This document shows, one piece after another, positions 22,261 to 33,057 of a stretch of 64,000 nucleotides of DNA. Numbering within the stretch: the first letter of the stretch is position 1; every line of letters begins with the position of its first letter. The stretch spans positions 180,882-244,881 of the forward strand of contig CAVUVW010000005.1 in the NCBI GenBank assembly GCA_963745035.1, in the 5' to 3' direction. Origin of the DNA: an uncultured delta proteobacterium. GTDB taxonomy: Bacteria > Desulfobacterota > Binatia > UBA9968. The position numbers and the translations under genes were made by a program. The notes beneath the pieces were generated by a model that ran no database searches, was not told where the DNA came from, and was given only the letters and a program-made list of their open reading frames with translations.

Positions 22261-23156
22261 TTATAGTCCGGTGCCGCTTCGTTTAAGGCGCGGATCGAGG
22301 AGATCGCGCAGGGCGTCGCCGAGCAGGTTGATGCCGAGCACGGTGACAAAGATGCACAGGCCGGGGAAGAGCGGCATCCACCACGAGGTGCTGATGTAGA
22401 TGCGCGCATCGGCGAGCATGGTTCCCCAGGTGGGAATTTCCGGCGGCACGCCGACGCCGAGAAAGCTCAAGCTCGCCTCGGCGATGATCGACGAAGCCAT
22501 GGCGAACGTACCGATGACGAGCGAGGTCTGAATCAAATTGGGAATCACGTGGCGGGTAATAATTTGCCGGTTGCTGGCGCCGAGGCATTGCGCGGCGGTG
22601 ACGAAATCACGCGATCTCAGCGACAGAGTTTGCCCGCGCACCACCCGGCAATACGGTATCCAGCGCTGCGCCACCAAGCGCCAGGATCAGATTGAACAGC
22701 CCCTGGCCCAAAAAGGCCATGATCGTGATGCCGAGCAAGAGCGGCGGGAAAGCCCACACGACCTCGACCAGTTTCTGAATGACAAAATCCACTTTGCCGC
22801 CGAAATAGCCCGAGATCGCGCCAAGGGTGATGCCGATAAATCCGGAGACAAACACGACCGCGAACGCGACGAGCAAGGATACGCGCGAGCCGTAAATCAC
22901 CCGGCTCAAAATATCGCGTCCTAGGTTGTCGGTACCGAGCGCATGCGGCGCGCCGATGCCTTGCGGCTGCTTTCATCATGGCGGTGAGCTCTTGTTTATT
23001 GGGATCGCGGGGGGCGAGCACGGGACCGAGTATGCCGACCAGGATAAACAGCAAGACGATCAAGCCGCCGGTGAACGCCTTCACATGAAGACGCGGCATC
23101 CTCCTTGCGCGAGCGGCGCGCTCTTCAGTAGCGGATTCGAGGGTCAATGACTGCAT
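22261..23156 (-). CDS. Peptide/nickel ABC permease, OppC/DppC type (frameshifted)
   Basis: LGTDNLGRD, VIYGSRVSL, FVTAAQCLGAS, AEASLSFLG, GDALRDLLDPR. Confidence 0.9.
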
Positions 23157-24127
23157 AAAGTCCGTCGATAATCAGATTGATCGAGACGAACGCAACCGTG
23201 TACGTCATCACCACGCCGGTGACGAGCGGATAATCGCGCGCGTTGAGCGCCGTGATCAGCAGGCTGCCGCTTCCCGGCCAGGCGAACACGGTCTCGACGA
23301 TGATCGAGCCGCTGAGCAGGGTGCCGAGCTCGAGGCCGACCACGGTGATCACGGGAATCAGCGCGTTGCGCGCCACATGGCGCCAGACAATTTTGTTTTC
23401 GCGCAAGCCTTTGGCGCGCGCGGTCTGGATGTAGTCTTCCGTCATGACTTCCAGGATCGACGAGCGGGTCACGCGCATCAAAATGCCGAGCATGTTGACG
23501 CCGAGCGCCAACGCCGGCAAGAAAATGTGGGTGAGCGCGTCCCACACCGCGCGCCAGTTCTGCTGCAGGAGGCTGTCCAAAATATAAAAACCGGTCTGCT
23601 CGGGTCCGGCGATGCCGTAAGTGCTGCGGCCCGAGGTCGGGAGAATATTCAAGATCCCGGCGAGCAGCAGGATCAGCATGATGGCGAGCCAGAAACTTGG
23701 CATGCTGATGCCGAAAAGACCGAAGGTGGTGCCGACGTTATCGATCCACGAGTTGGGCCTGGAGCCGGCCCAGACGCCAAGCGGTATCGCCATCAGGGTG
23801 GCGATGATGATCGCAAAAAATGCGAGCTCGATGGTGGCGGGCAATCGGGTCATGATCACGCGCAGCACCGGTTCGGCATATTTGAACGAGCGGCCGAAAT
23901 CGCCCGCTGCGGCCGACTTAAGGAATTTGAAATACTGGACATAGATCGGTTGATCCAGGCCCCAACGCTCCTTGGCCCGTGGCTACTTCCGCGGCGTTGG
24001 TTTCCTCGCCGAGGAGCATCAAGGTCGGATCGCCGGGCGCGGCGTGAATCAGCAGGAACACCAGTAAGCTGATGAGCAGCAGAACCGGAATCGTGCCCGC
24101 GAGACGTTGGGCTAAGTAGCTAGTCAT
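23125..24127 (-). CDS. Peptide/nickel ABC permease, OppB/DppB type (frameshift near 23980)
   Basis: APGDP, RLPATIEL, DYIQTARAKGL, VETVFAWPG, IDPRIRY. Confidence 0.9.
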
Positions 24128-24139
24128 CGCAAGGATTAA

Positions 24140-24208
24140 CTGGAGTGGTGGAGCTTTGGGGCCTAACCATTACTTACTCCATCACTCCAATACTCCATTA
24201 CTCCAACC
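24140..24208. repeat. GGAGT/ACTCC 8-bp-period repeats, inverted pair
   Basis: TGGAGTGGTGGAG facing TACTCCATCACTCCAATACTCCATTACTCCA. Confidence 0.7.
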
Positions 24209-24214
24209 TCAACA

Positions 24215-25738
24215 TCAGCGTTTCACCTGCATGTCGATGGCGTAGATGCGCGCGTCCGGCAGCGGCTTGTAATCGACGCGGTTGTGCAAACCCCACAGCA
24301 GCTTGTGGCGCCACATGAAGCACGCCGGCGCATCCTCGGTAAGAATACTCATCGCCTGCGATAGATACTCACGGCGGCGTTTAGGATCGAACTCCTGCTG
24401 CTCTTTGTCGAGGAGCTCATCCAGTTTGGGATTGGAGTAGCCGATGCGCGGCGTCTCGCCGGTGTGGAAGTACTGATGCAGCGCGGCGCTCGGATCCTGC
24501 ACGGAACCACGGCCCATGTAGTAGAAAGGAATGGTTCCTTTTTGCACGCTCGCCCACAGAGTCGCCCACTCCGGCGTGAGCAGCCTGGCGCGGAAACCGG
24601 CTGCGTTGAGCATGGGAATCATCGCTTCGGTCAGTTGCTTGTCCAGGGTATAGCGACCGACGGGAGTTTGTAGCTCGACATCGACGCCGTTCGGATAACC
24701 GGCTTGGGCCAAAAGCTTCTTCGATCGCTCCGGATCATAGGCGAGCTTCGGTTTCAGATTGGGATCATAGCCGTACTGCCCGGGCCCAATCGGCCCGTCG
24801 AGGCGGCTCGCTTCGTTTTGCAGTAGCGTGGATATGATCTGGTCACGATTGATAGCGTGGCAGACGGCTTGGCGAACTTCTTTTTTGTCGAAGGGCGGTT
24901 TGGGCTGCATGGCGAGGAACATGATCTCCACTGAATCGACGGGAGTGATCTTCAAGTTTTTCGATTTCTCCACGCGCTGGCGCATATGCGGCGGGACGAA
25001 TTGCGCGATCTGGATTTCATCGTTGAGCAACGCGGTCACGCGCTGCTCGGGCTCGCGCATGATGCGGTAGATGACCTCATCGGGCGCGCGGGGATTTTTT
25101 TTGGCGTCGGGATGATCGTTGCGTTTTTGTAACACCAGGCGCTGTCCCGGGATAAGCTCCTTCAATCGATAGGGACCGCCGCCCATCATGTGTTCCTTGT
25201 CGGCGGCGTCGCGACCGTACTTGTCGAATATCGCCTTGCTCGTGACGATCAAACGGTCGCAGAGAAAGGAGAGCAGCGGCGCGGTGGGTTTGTCGGTGTT
25301 AATCCTGACGGTGAACTTATCGACGGCTTCGGCCTTGGTGATCGACGGCGCGACCGAGGCTTTTTGTTTGGACTGAGGATCGCCGATCACGCGGTTCATC
25401 AGCGAATGGACGACGTCATCCGCGGTCACCGGCGAGCCGTCGTTGAATTTGTAGTTCTTGTTCAACGTGAAAACCCAGGTCGTCGGGTTTTCAGTTTTCC
25501 ATTTTTCGGCGAGCCGTCCTTCGAAATCACCTTTGGCATAGCTGTACGTGCAAAACGGTCCGGTGATTTCGCTGTAGATGCCGTAGAGCAGCGAAACACT
25601 GTCGCCGTAGGGGTTGTGGGTTTCGATGGTTTCCGTGACGCCGACCGATATCCGCGTCTGTGCTCCGGCGGACGTGGCGCCGCCCAACATTAAGGCAAAT
25701 GCCGCGAATATAATCACGAAAGCTCGGATGGTTCGCAT
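24215..25738 (-). CDS. ABC substrate-binding protein, family 5
   Basis: LAEKW, FNDGSPVTADDV, GPYRL, VRQAVCHAINR, YDPERSKKLLAQAGY. Confidence 0.92.
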   Translation of the reverse strand: MRTIRAFVIIFAAFALMLGGATSAGAQTRISVGVTETIETHNPYGDSVSLLYGIYSEITGPFCTYSYAKGDFEGRLAEKWKTENPTTWVFTLNKNYKFNDGSPVTADDVVHSLMNRVIGDPQSKQKASVAPSITKAEAVDKFTVRINTDKPTAPLLSFLCDRLIVTSKAIFDKYGRDAADKEHMMGGGPYRLKELIPGQRLVLQKRNDHPDAKKNPRAPDEVIYRIMREPEQRVTALLNDEIQIAQFVPPHMRQRVEKSKNLKITPVDSVEIMFLAMQPKPPFDKKEVRQAVCHAINRDQIISTLLQNEASRLDGPIGPGQYGYDPNLKPKLAYDPERSKKLLAQAGYPNGVDVELQTPVGRYTLDKQLTEAMIPMLNAAGFRARLLTPEWATLWASVQKGTIPFYYMGRGSVQDPSAALHQYFHTGETPRIGYSNPKLDELLDKEQQEFDPKRRREYLSQAMSILTEDAPACFMWRHKLLWGLHNRVDYKPLPDARIYAIDMQVKR

Positions 25739-25958
25739 GTGTCTCCTCCAAGAATAGGTGCTGTGCGTGCCGTCGATGCGGAAATGTTGTATCGCTCCCA
25801 GTTCCCTTGTCAAGACGAAAAAGCCGCTGCTCACGACGCCATTTTCGGTTGACAGGAGGGAAGCGGCGGTACTAATCGTTAGTCAATGAACACAAAGCAA
25901 AATCAAATCGTGCGCTGCGACCTCAACGGTTGAGCGACGCCTGCGGAGGTACGGAGTC

Positions 25959-27110
25959 ATGGCGAAAAACGGCTACAAGATACTCGACAGCGATATGCAT
26001 GTCTTCGAGCCGCACGATCTCTATTTGAAGTACATGGATCACCGCTGGGGCGAGCGCATCCCGCGCGGCGCGCCGCGAAAACGGCACGGCCAAATCAAAT
26101 TCACCTTGGGCGACAACAAGCCGGTGCGGACTTCCGGGGTTCAAGCGCTGGCGGTTACGATGCCCGCAAGAAATGCCGATGAAAGCTCACCGGGCGAAGC
26201 CGAAGTCGCACATCGCTATGCGAAGCCGCTAGCGCGCGACTATGACGCGATCTCGCAACTCGAAGCGATGGATGAGGAGGGCTTGGACGTCGCCGTCTTG
26301 TTTCGAACCTTCCCGCTGCATTGCGATGACAGCCTGGAGGCCGAGTACGCCAACGCTCTTTGCCGCGCATGGAACGATTGGATGGCGGATTTTTGCAGGG
26401 CTGATCCACAGCGATTGCGTCCCTCGGCGCTGATCACGCTCCATGACGTCGATCTGGCGGTGGATGAAACGAGGCGAGCAATCACAGAGTTGGGCGCAAT
26501 CGGATTATGCCTCGTGCCCGAGCCGTCCAACGGACGGCACATTCACGACCGCTACTACGATCCGGTGTGGCGCGAAGCGGAGAAATTAGGCGCGCCGATC
26601 TGTTTTCATCCGGCGGCGAGTCCCAATCAGGAGCAAGCCGTGCATCGGTTCAAAGGCCACGCCAACGAAGCTGTGCTCATCAACGCTTTTCGTAATCCGG
26701 TAGAGCTGATGCTTGCGGTCGGGAGCTTCTGCGCCGGCGGGGTGCTCGAGCGCTTTCCCAGTCTCCGGGTGGCTTTTCTCGAAGGCAACTGCGGTTGGCT
26801 GCCCTGGTCGCTTTACCGCTTGGATGAACGCTGGGAACTACGCAAGGGGTACTGCAACGAGCCGATGAGTCTGCGGCCGAGCGATTACTTCATGCGGCAA
26901 TGTTTTATTTCAGTCGACGTGGAGGAGGATCTCGTCACCGACGTGATCCGGCGCATCGGCGACGACAACGTGGTGATCTCGACCGACTATCCGCACGCCG
27001 ACTCTCACTGGCCTGATGCGGTTAATCATTTCATGGCGCTCGAAATGCCGAACGCATCGCGAAAGAAAATTCTCTGGGACAATTGCGCGCGGCTGTACGG
27101 CGTGGACTAA
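25959..27110 (+). CDS. Amidohydrolase_2 family protein
   Basis: LDSDMHVFEP, FHP, FLEGNCGW, STDYPHADS. Confidence 0.92.
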   Translation: MAKNGYKILDSDMHVFEPHDLYLKYMDHRWGERIPRGAPRKRHGQIKFTLGDNKPVRTSGVQALAVTMPARNADESSPGEAEVAHRYAKPLARDYDAISQLEAMDEEGLDVAVLFRTFPLHCDDSLEAEYANALCRAWNDWMADFCRADPQRLRPSALITLHDVDLAVDETRRAITELGAIGLCLVPEPSNGRHIHDRYYDPVWREAEKLGAPICFHPAASPNQEQAVHRFKGHANEAVLINAFRNPVELMLAVGSFCAGGVLERFPSLRVAFLEGNCGWLPWSLYRLDERWELRKGYCNEPMSLRPSDYFMRQCFISVDVEEDLVTDVIRRIGDDNVVISTDYPHADSHWPDAVNHFMALEMPNASRKKILWDNCARLYGVD

Positions 27111-27146
27111 GAGGCGCGGCGCGAGCTACGCATCAAGCGCCCCCGT

Positions 27147-28169
27147 TTATTTCAGAATGTCTTTGAGCTTTGCCACCAGGTTCTGATCGAGCTTGTAGGT
27201 TCGGTCGACGATTTTTTCCAGCTCTTCGCCGCTGAGCGGCGCCATATCGAGGCGCGCCTTCTTGGCGTCGGCGAGAAATTCCGGGTCTTTGTACGTGTCG
27301 GCCAATCCCTTGCGCAGCGCGAGCACGCGCTCTTTCGGTGTGCCCGGCGGAAAGACATATGGGCGGGCGATGGAGGCGTAGTCGAACGCGCCGGCCTGGA
27401 CGATCTTGCGATTGTCATCGTCTTTCACGTAATCCAAGATCGCCGGGACGTTGGGCAAATCGGGATGGCGCTGGGGCAGCATCTGCAACATGACAACCAC
27501 CGAGCCGGTTTCAATTTCCTTCACCCAGCCCGATTTGAACGATTCCCAGGAATTGACCAATCCCTGAAGCTCGCCGCTGTTTACAGCCAGTTTGATATCG
27601 GCGGTTCCTTTGTAGCCCGATACGAGCTGGAGCGGGACGCCCACCGTGGCGCGCACGATTTTCGCGACGTCATCGGTGGCGGCGCCCGGGCCGACGCCGC
27701 CGAATTTGAGGGTCGTCTTGGTCGAAAGCCAATGATCGATGCTCGTGATGCCGCTCGCTTTGTTGATGCCGACAGTGGTGGTGTCCTGAGCCGGCACACC
27801 GAGGTGTTCGAATTTTCGTCCGTCGAATTCGATGCCCGGTTTTCCGAGCACGTGCTGGAGTATGAGTCCGCCGATAAAGTGGCCGATCGTGAGGCCGTCC
27901 GGCCTGGCGACTTTGTAAGTGTGGTTCGCCGCGATCAAACTGCCCGCGCCGGTCATGTTCTCGACGACGAAAGTCGGATTGCCGGGGACATGCTTGCCCA
28001 GGTGGCGCGCGATGGTGCGCGTGTAGGTGTCGTAGCCGCCGCCGGCCGAGCCGCCGACGATGATGCGCACGGTTTTGCCGCTGTAGAATTGCGCCTGCGC
28101 GAGACCGCTCGTTGTCAGCAAACCTAAGACAATGCCGATCGCGAAACTTCCAACGTGCCGGTTAGCCAT
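27147..28169 (-). CDS. Tripartite tricarboxylate transporter substrate-binding protein (TctC/Bug)
   Basis: AGGGYD, VENMTGAGS, PDGLT, GYKGT, PPGTP. Confidence 0.9.
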   Translation of the reverse strand: MANRHVGSFAIGIVLGLLTTSGLAQAQFYSGKTVRIIVGGSAGGGYDTYTRTIARHLGKHVPGNPTFVVENMTGAGSLIAANHTYKVARPDGLTIGHFIGGLILQHVLGKPGIEFDGRKFEHLGVPAQDTTTVGINKASGITSIDHWLSTKTTLKFGGVGPGAATDDVAKIVRATVGVPLQLVSGYKGTADIKLAVNSGELQGLVNSWESFKSGWVKEIETGSVVVMLQMLPQRHPDLPNVPAILDYVKDDDNRKIVQAGAFDYASIARPYVFPPGTPKERVLALRKGLADTYKDPEFLADAKKARLDMAPLSGEELEKIVDRTYKLDQNLVAKLKDILK

Positions 28170-28286
28170 AGAAGCTCCTTTGCCGGTTCAACTGTTCGCG
28201 CGATTCTTAGCAAAAATTGCCCTGGATGCAACTTGCATCGCGACGGTGATGTGATCATGATCCAGCCCAGTTGGAGGACTCACGCC

Positions 28287-29276
28287 ATGAAGTATCGCTT
28301 TCTCGGCAAGGATCGCTTGAAAGTTTCGGCGATCGGCTACGGCTGTCCGCCGTTTCAAGGCAAGTTGAGCGATGCCGGTGAAAAGCAGGCCATCGCCGTG
28401 CTGCATCGGGCCATCGAAATCGGCGTGAACTTCATCGATACCGCCGATCATAACAACGGCAACAACGAAGAGATTCTCGCCAAGGCACTCAAGGGCCGGC
28501 GCGCCGACGTCGTGCTCACGACCAAGTTCGGCAACCTGCGCGGCCAGCCGTGGGCCGAAGGGCGCGAGGTGGAAGGCAAGCCGGAGTACGTCGCATGGGC
28601 CTGTGAAAATTCACTCCGGCGGCTCGAAACCGATTACATCGATCTTTACTATTTGCATCGGGTCGATCCCAAAGTACCCATCGAGGACACCGTGGGCGCA
28701 ATGGCGCGACTGGTGGAGCAGGGAAAAGTCCGTTATATCGGCTTGAGCGAAGCGGGACCGCAAACACTCCGCCGTGCCAACGCGGTTCACCCGGTCACAG
28801 CCGTGCAGAGCGAATATTCGCTTTGGACGCGCGACTACGAGGCCAATACGATTCCCGCCGCGCGCGAGCTCGGTATCGGCTACGTCGCCTACTATGCGCT
28901 CGGACGCGGCTTTCTCGGCGGCGCGTTCAAGAACTTTTCGGACCTCGGAGAAAAAGAAGCGAAGCGAAGAGGACCGCGTTTCCACGAAAAGAATTTTCAA
29001 CACAACGCGAATTTGCTCGATCAGCTTCAAGGCGTCGCCGAAGCCAAGAAATGCACCTTGGCGCAGCTCGCGTTGGCATGGATTCTCCATCAAGGCGACT
29101 TCTTCGTGCCGATCCCGGGCACTCATAAGATTGAAAATCTCGAGGCGAATGCCGCCGCCGCTGACATTCAGCTAACGGATACCGAGCTGGCGGCGATGGA
29201 TAGAATTTTTCCACGTCAAGGCGCGGCTGCCGGGACGCGGCATGATTACGATCGGTCGAAGGAGCTGAATATTTAA
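28287..29276 (+). CDS. Aldo/keto reductase
   Basis: IDTAD, TKFG, SLRRLETDYIDLYYLHR, IGLSE, QSEYSLW, PIPGT. Confidence 0.95.
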   Translation: MKYRFLGKDRLKVSAIGYGCPPFQGKLSDAGEKQAIAVLHRAIEIGVNFIDTADHNNGNNEEILAKALKGRRADVVLTTKFGNLRGQPWAEGREVEGKPEYVAWACENSLRRLETDYIDLYYLHRVDPKVPIEDTVGAMARLVEQGKVRYIGLSEAGPQTLRRANAVHPVTAVQSEYSLWTRDYEANTIPAARELGIGYVAYYALGRGFLGGAFKNFSDLGEKEAKRRGPRFHEKNFQHNANLLDQLQGVAEAKKCTLAQLALAWILHQGDFFVPIPGTHKIENLEANAAAADIQLTDTELAAMDRIFPRQGAAAGTRHDYDRSKELNI

Positions 29277-29278
29277 AA

Positions 29279-29366
29279 AGTTCAAGCCGTTCAAAACGTT
29301 CAACCGCTTCGGTCCGTTCAAATCGTCTTAACAGAGTTCGTTGTTCAACGGCTCGACGATTCAAGA
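29279..29366. repeat. 9-bp-period GTTCAA repeat
   Basis: GTTCAA at 29280, 29289, 29298 and 29316. Confidence 0.75.
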
Positions 29367-29419
29367 TTGGGATGCTGGACTCATTTGCATCTAGATTACG
29401 AATACGATCACGAGCACGT

Positions 29420-29939
29420 TTATAGCGCCTCTGGGGCGGGCATGATGTCGCCGCACTTCTTGCACGTGCGGAATTCTACGCTGTCAAAGAAGTGCTTGTA
29501 GGCTTTCGAGACAGGGTCGAGCGCATAGTCGTCTACGACGAATCGCTCTTCGTGCAGCAAGGCATCGCACTTGAGGCAAAACCACTGAAAACAGTCGATC
29601 TCGCCGCTTCGCCTTTTGCGCTCGGAAATTAGCGCGAAGGCATCCTCGGGAGAAGCGCGGTGAGTGCGGCGTGCCGGCGGGCGTGTAGATGATCGCGCCT
29701 TCCGGGATCAGCGCTATTTCTTCTTTGCCTTCCGGCGTGCGGTAGTGCAGGCGCATGTCACCTTTGATCATGTGCATGGTCTCATCGCTCGGGTTGATGT
29801 GAAACTCACTCCGATACTCGCGCCCGCGCGCGAGAAACACCAAAGTGTCGGCGTGCTGCCAGAGCACGCTCACGCGCCCGCCGGATTTGGCAAGCTTGAG
29901 GCCTTCTTGGAGCAAGCTGACGATCGGCATGGAGAACAT
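29420..29939 (-). CDS. 3-hydroxyanthranilate 3,4-dioxygenase-like protein (frameshift near 29650)
   Basis: RSEFHINPSDE, PHSP; second frame gives ERKR, FQWFCLKC and RTCKKCG (rubredoxin-like Cys pairs). Confidence 0.85.
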
Positions 29940-29959
29940 GGCGGCTCCCTCTGAGGAAA

Positions 29960-30047
29960 ATTGGAGTAATGGAGTGATGGAGTCTTGGAGTAATGGGCTT
30001 CCGATTCCCGAACATCACTCCACCACTCCACTACTCCATCACTCCAG
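29960..30047. repeat. GGAGTRAT 8-bp-period repeats, inverted pair
   Basis: Four GGAGT units facing four ACTCC units. Confidence 0.8.
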
Positions 30048-30059
30048 CCTTTTCCATCC

Positions 30060-31316
30060 CTAGTCCGGCAACGGTTGGCCCTTGGTTTCGCGGGCAAACA
30101 GCAGAATGATCAAGCCGAAAAAATAGACCGAGCCGATGGTGGTGATCGCCGGAGCGAACGAGCCGTGCGCCGAAGTGAGCACGCCGGTTAGCAGCGGCCC
30201 GGCGGCGGAGAAGAAACGCGCGAAGTTGAAGCAGAAACCCTGGGCCGTGGCACGAATGGCCGTCGGAAACAATTCGGGAAAATAAATCGCGAAACCGGTA
30301 GTAACTCCGGCGGCGAAAAAGCCCATGATCGGCGCCGCCATTACCGCATGGCTCAATTCCTTGGCGAGGAAAAATGTCGTCGGCACGGAGAGCAAAGCGC
30401 CGAGGAAGTAGATCCACAAAGCTACTTTTCTCCCCCAACGATCAGCGACAAACGGCAGACACAAGCAGCCGATAATGCTGCCGGTCGTCAGCGCGGTCGT
30501 GACCAGGCTTACTTGCGGGATGACCTCCCTTGTGCCCTGTGCGTGCAGCATGGCGGCAATCCAGCTCGGCACCCATTGGATAGCGCCCTGATAGCCGAAG
30601 GTGGCGACCACTGCGAGCCCCGTGCCGATCAGGACGTCGCGGCGCACCGGTTTCTTGAAGAGGAGGGGCAGCGGGTTTTGCTTGGCCTTGGCGTGCACCC
30701 AGCGCTCGGGTTCCTCGAGCGCGTAACGGATGTAAAACGCGACGATGGCCGGCAGCACGCCAAGCGCGAAAACCCAGCGCCACCCGTAAGGACCAATGAA
30801 GAGGTACAATCCAATCGCGAGAAAGAATCCGATGCCGCCCGAAGCCTGCATGATGCCGGCGGCTTTGGCGCGGGATTTCGCGGGCCAGCTTTCGGCGATC
30901 AATGCCGCGCCGGCGGCCCATTCCCCGCCGATGCCGATACCGGTCAGAAACCGATAGACCGCGAGTTCCTGCCAGCTCGTCGCGATGCCGCAAAGACCGG
31001 TAAACGAAGCATAGATCAGTATGGTGATCGCCATCGTCTTGGCGCGGCCGTAGCGATCTGCGACGGGACCGAAAATGAGACCGCCGAGAGCCCAGCCGAT
31101 CATGAAGATGCTGAGCACGATGCCGCCGTAAAGACCGATCACCGCGCTCTCCGTCGTCCCGAGCAAATCGCTCATGGCGGGAAACAGGATGATCGCGTAA
31201 AGGTAGCCATCCATGATGTCGAGGGCCCAGCCGAGGCACGCGCAAATCAATACGCGCCACTGATACGGCGTGAGCTCGGCGTACCACTTCGGTTCTGTCG
31301 TCGTTGCCGGCGTCAT
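30060..31316 (-). CDS. MFS transporter (SHS/aromatic acid-like)
   Basis: GPVADRYGR, GIGIGGEW, PELFPTAIRA, ETKG. Confidence 0.92.
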   Translation of the reverse strand: MTPATTTEPKWYAELTPYQWRVLICACLGWALDIMDGYLYAIILFPAMSDLLGTTESAVIGLYGGIVLSIFMIGWALGGLIFGPVADRYGRAKTMAITILIYASFTGLCGIATSWQELAVYRFLTGIGIGGEWAAGAALIAESWPAKSRAKAAGIMQASGGIGFFLAIGLYLFIGPYGWRWVFALGVLPAIVAFYIRYALEEPERWVHAKAKQNPLPLLFKKPVRRDVLIGTGLAVVATFGYQGAIQWVPSWIAAMLHAQGTREVIPQVSLVTTALTTGSIIGCLCLPFVADRWGRKVALWIYFLGALLSVPTTFFLAKELSHAVMAAPIMGFFAAGVTTGFAIYFPELFPTAIRATAQGFCFNFARFFSAAGPLLTGVLTSAHGSFAPAITTIGSVYFFGLIILLFARETKGQPLPD

Positions 31317-31410
31317 AGCGCAACCAAAAAACGCAGCTCCCCGTTGCGGGGTTTTAAAATGCAGGAGCAGTCGCGTAAGATAAAAGTGACCGCACCATCG
31401 TCAAGCCAGC

Positions 31411-32679
31411 ATGCAGAGCCTACGAAATCTTCGCACCCTGCGTTCTCTCAAACACCGCAATTTTCGTCTCTTGATGGAAGGCGCGCTGGTCTCCAGCGCC
31501 GGCGACTTTATGCAGAACATCGCACAAAGCTGGCTGGTCTGGCACGTTTCCAAATCTCCGGTGGCCATCGGCGTCGTGGCCTTTTTTGACACGTTTCCCC
31601 GACTGCTGGTGGGCGCTCTCGGCGGCGCCATCGCCGACCGATTCGACCGCAGGCGCGTGCTCATGATCACGCAAACGGCGGCGATGATCCAAGCCATTGT
31701 CTATTGGCTCGCCGTCGAGTTCGACGTCATCGAGCTTTGGCATATCGCCGCGCTGGCATTCTTTCTCGGCGTGGTGAACACGATCAATCAGACGGCGCGC
31801 CAGTCGCTGGTCAGCAGCCTGGTGCCGAAGGACGAGCTACTGAACGCCATCGGCTTGCAATCTTCGGTGTTCAATTTCTCAAAGATTCTTGGACCTTCGG
31901 CTGGCGGCATCATCATCGCGTATGTCGGCATCTCCGCCTGCTTTATGATCAACGCGATCAGTTTCATTTACTTGCTTTTCAATCTTTATCAAATGGAGCT
32001 GCCGCCTTGGGAAAAACGGTCGGAAGAACAAACTCTGTGGGCCGACGTCAAGGAAGGGTTCGTTTATTTGCTCGGCAACCGCCGCCTGCTCTATATCGTC
32101 GGGCTATCCTACGTGATCGCGACTTTTTGCGCGCCGTACAATCGATTCGTGCCGATCTTTGCCACCAATGTGCTGCATGTCGGCGCTTCGGGTTTTGGGT
32201 TGTTGATGGCCGCGCCGGGAGTGGGCGCGACGGTTGCGGCCTTGGCGCTTGCTTCGGTCAACAAACTGCGGGTGGGAATCAGCTCGATCTGCTACTGCGC
32301 CGTCGGTTTTGCGCTCTGTATAGCGCTGTTCGCCTTTTCCCACTATTTCGCTTTGTCGTTTTTCTTTCTGGCACTGGTCGGCTTTTGCCAAATCGCCGGT
32401 CGCGCCCTGTCGAATACCGCGATCCAAACCTCGACACCGCCCAATCTTCTGGGACGGGTCCTGAGTTTATTTTTTATGGACCGGGGACTTTGGTCGCTGG
32501 GCAGCGTAATCATCGGCGCCGCGGGCGCCGCCATCGGCATGGAGTGGACCTTTACCGCGTGCGGCGTGATCACCGCGGCCGCCGCGCTCACGCTGCTGAC
32601 CGTAAACCGGAAATATCGCGCTGAACTAGCGCGACAGCGCGCTTCAGAAAGCAACTTTACGCGACCACCGGTTCTCTGA
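31411..32679 (+). CDS. MFS transporter (MFS_3/EntS-like)
   Basis: HRNFRL, GGAIADRFDRRR, GRVLS. Confidence 0.9.
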   Translation: MQSLRNLRTLRSLKHRNFRLLMEGALVSSAGDFMQNIAQSWLVWHVSKSPVAIGVVAFFDTFPRLLVGALGGAIADRFDRRRVLMITQTAAMIQAIVYWLAVEFDVIELWHIAALAFFLGVVNTINQTARQSLVSSLVPKDELLNAIGLQSSVFNFSKILGPSAGGIIIAYVGISACFMINAISFIYLLFNLYQMELPPWEKRSEEQTLWADVKEGFVYLLGNRRLLYIVGLSYVIATFCAPYNRFVPIFATNVLHVGASGFGLLMAAPGVGATVAALALASVNKLRVGISSICYCAVGFALCIALFAFSHYFALSFFFLALVGFCQIAGRALSNTAIQTSTPPNLLGRVLSLFFMDRGLWSLGSVIIGAAGAAIGMEWTFTACGVITAAAALTLLTVNRKYRAELARQRASESNFTRPPVL

Positions 32680-33043
32680 GCGGCAAATGGCTCGGGATTT
32701 TCGGCACCCTTGTCCGGGGTTTGCCGTCGACGCCCGAATTGCCCGCACCGAGGAGCAGCATCCGGCCTTCACCGGTGTTGCAGAGTTGGTAGGACTCGCC
32801 CGATTTCAGCAAGACGGTGTCGAACTGCTTCAGCAAGAAGGCCTTGTGCGGCGTGCGCACCGTGCACTCGCCTTCGAGGACCATGAAAATATGATCGTCG
32901 TTCTCATGATAGTGCATGTCGTCTTGTTGCTTTCCCTCGCAGTTGATCACCCAGAAATACGCCAAGTCGGTTCGCCAGAGACTCAGATGATTGATCTCCG
33001 GGTTGGCGTCGGCCTCCTTGATGGGATTCTTCATTTCAACCAT
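32657..33043 (-). CDS. Cupin domain protein
   Basis: MHYHENDDHIFMVLEGE motif; GAGG RBS. Confidence 0.85.
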   Translation of the reverse strand: MVEMKNPIKEADANPEINHLSLWRTDLAYFWVINCEGKQQDDMHYHENDDHIFMVLEGECTVRTPHKAFLLKQFDTVLLKSGESYQLCNTGEGRMLLLGAGNSGVDGKPRTRVPKIPSHLPLREPVVA

Positions 33044-33057
33044 AGAACCTCCTCATT

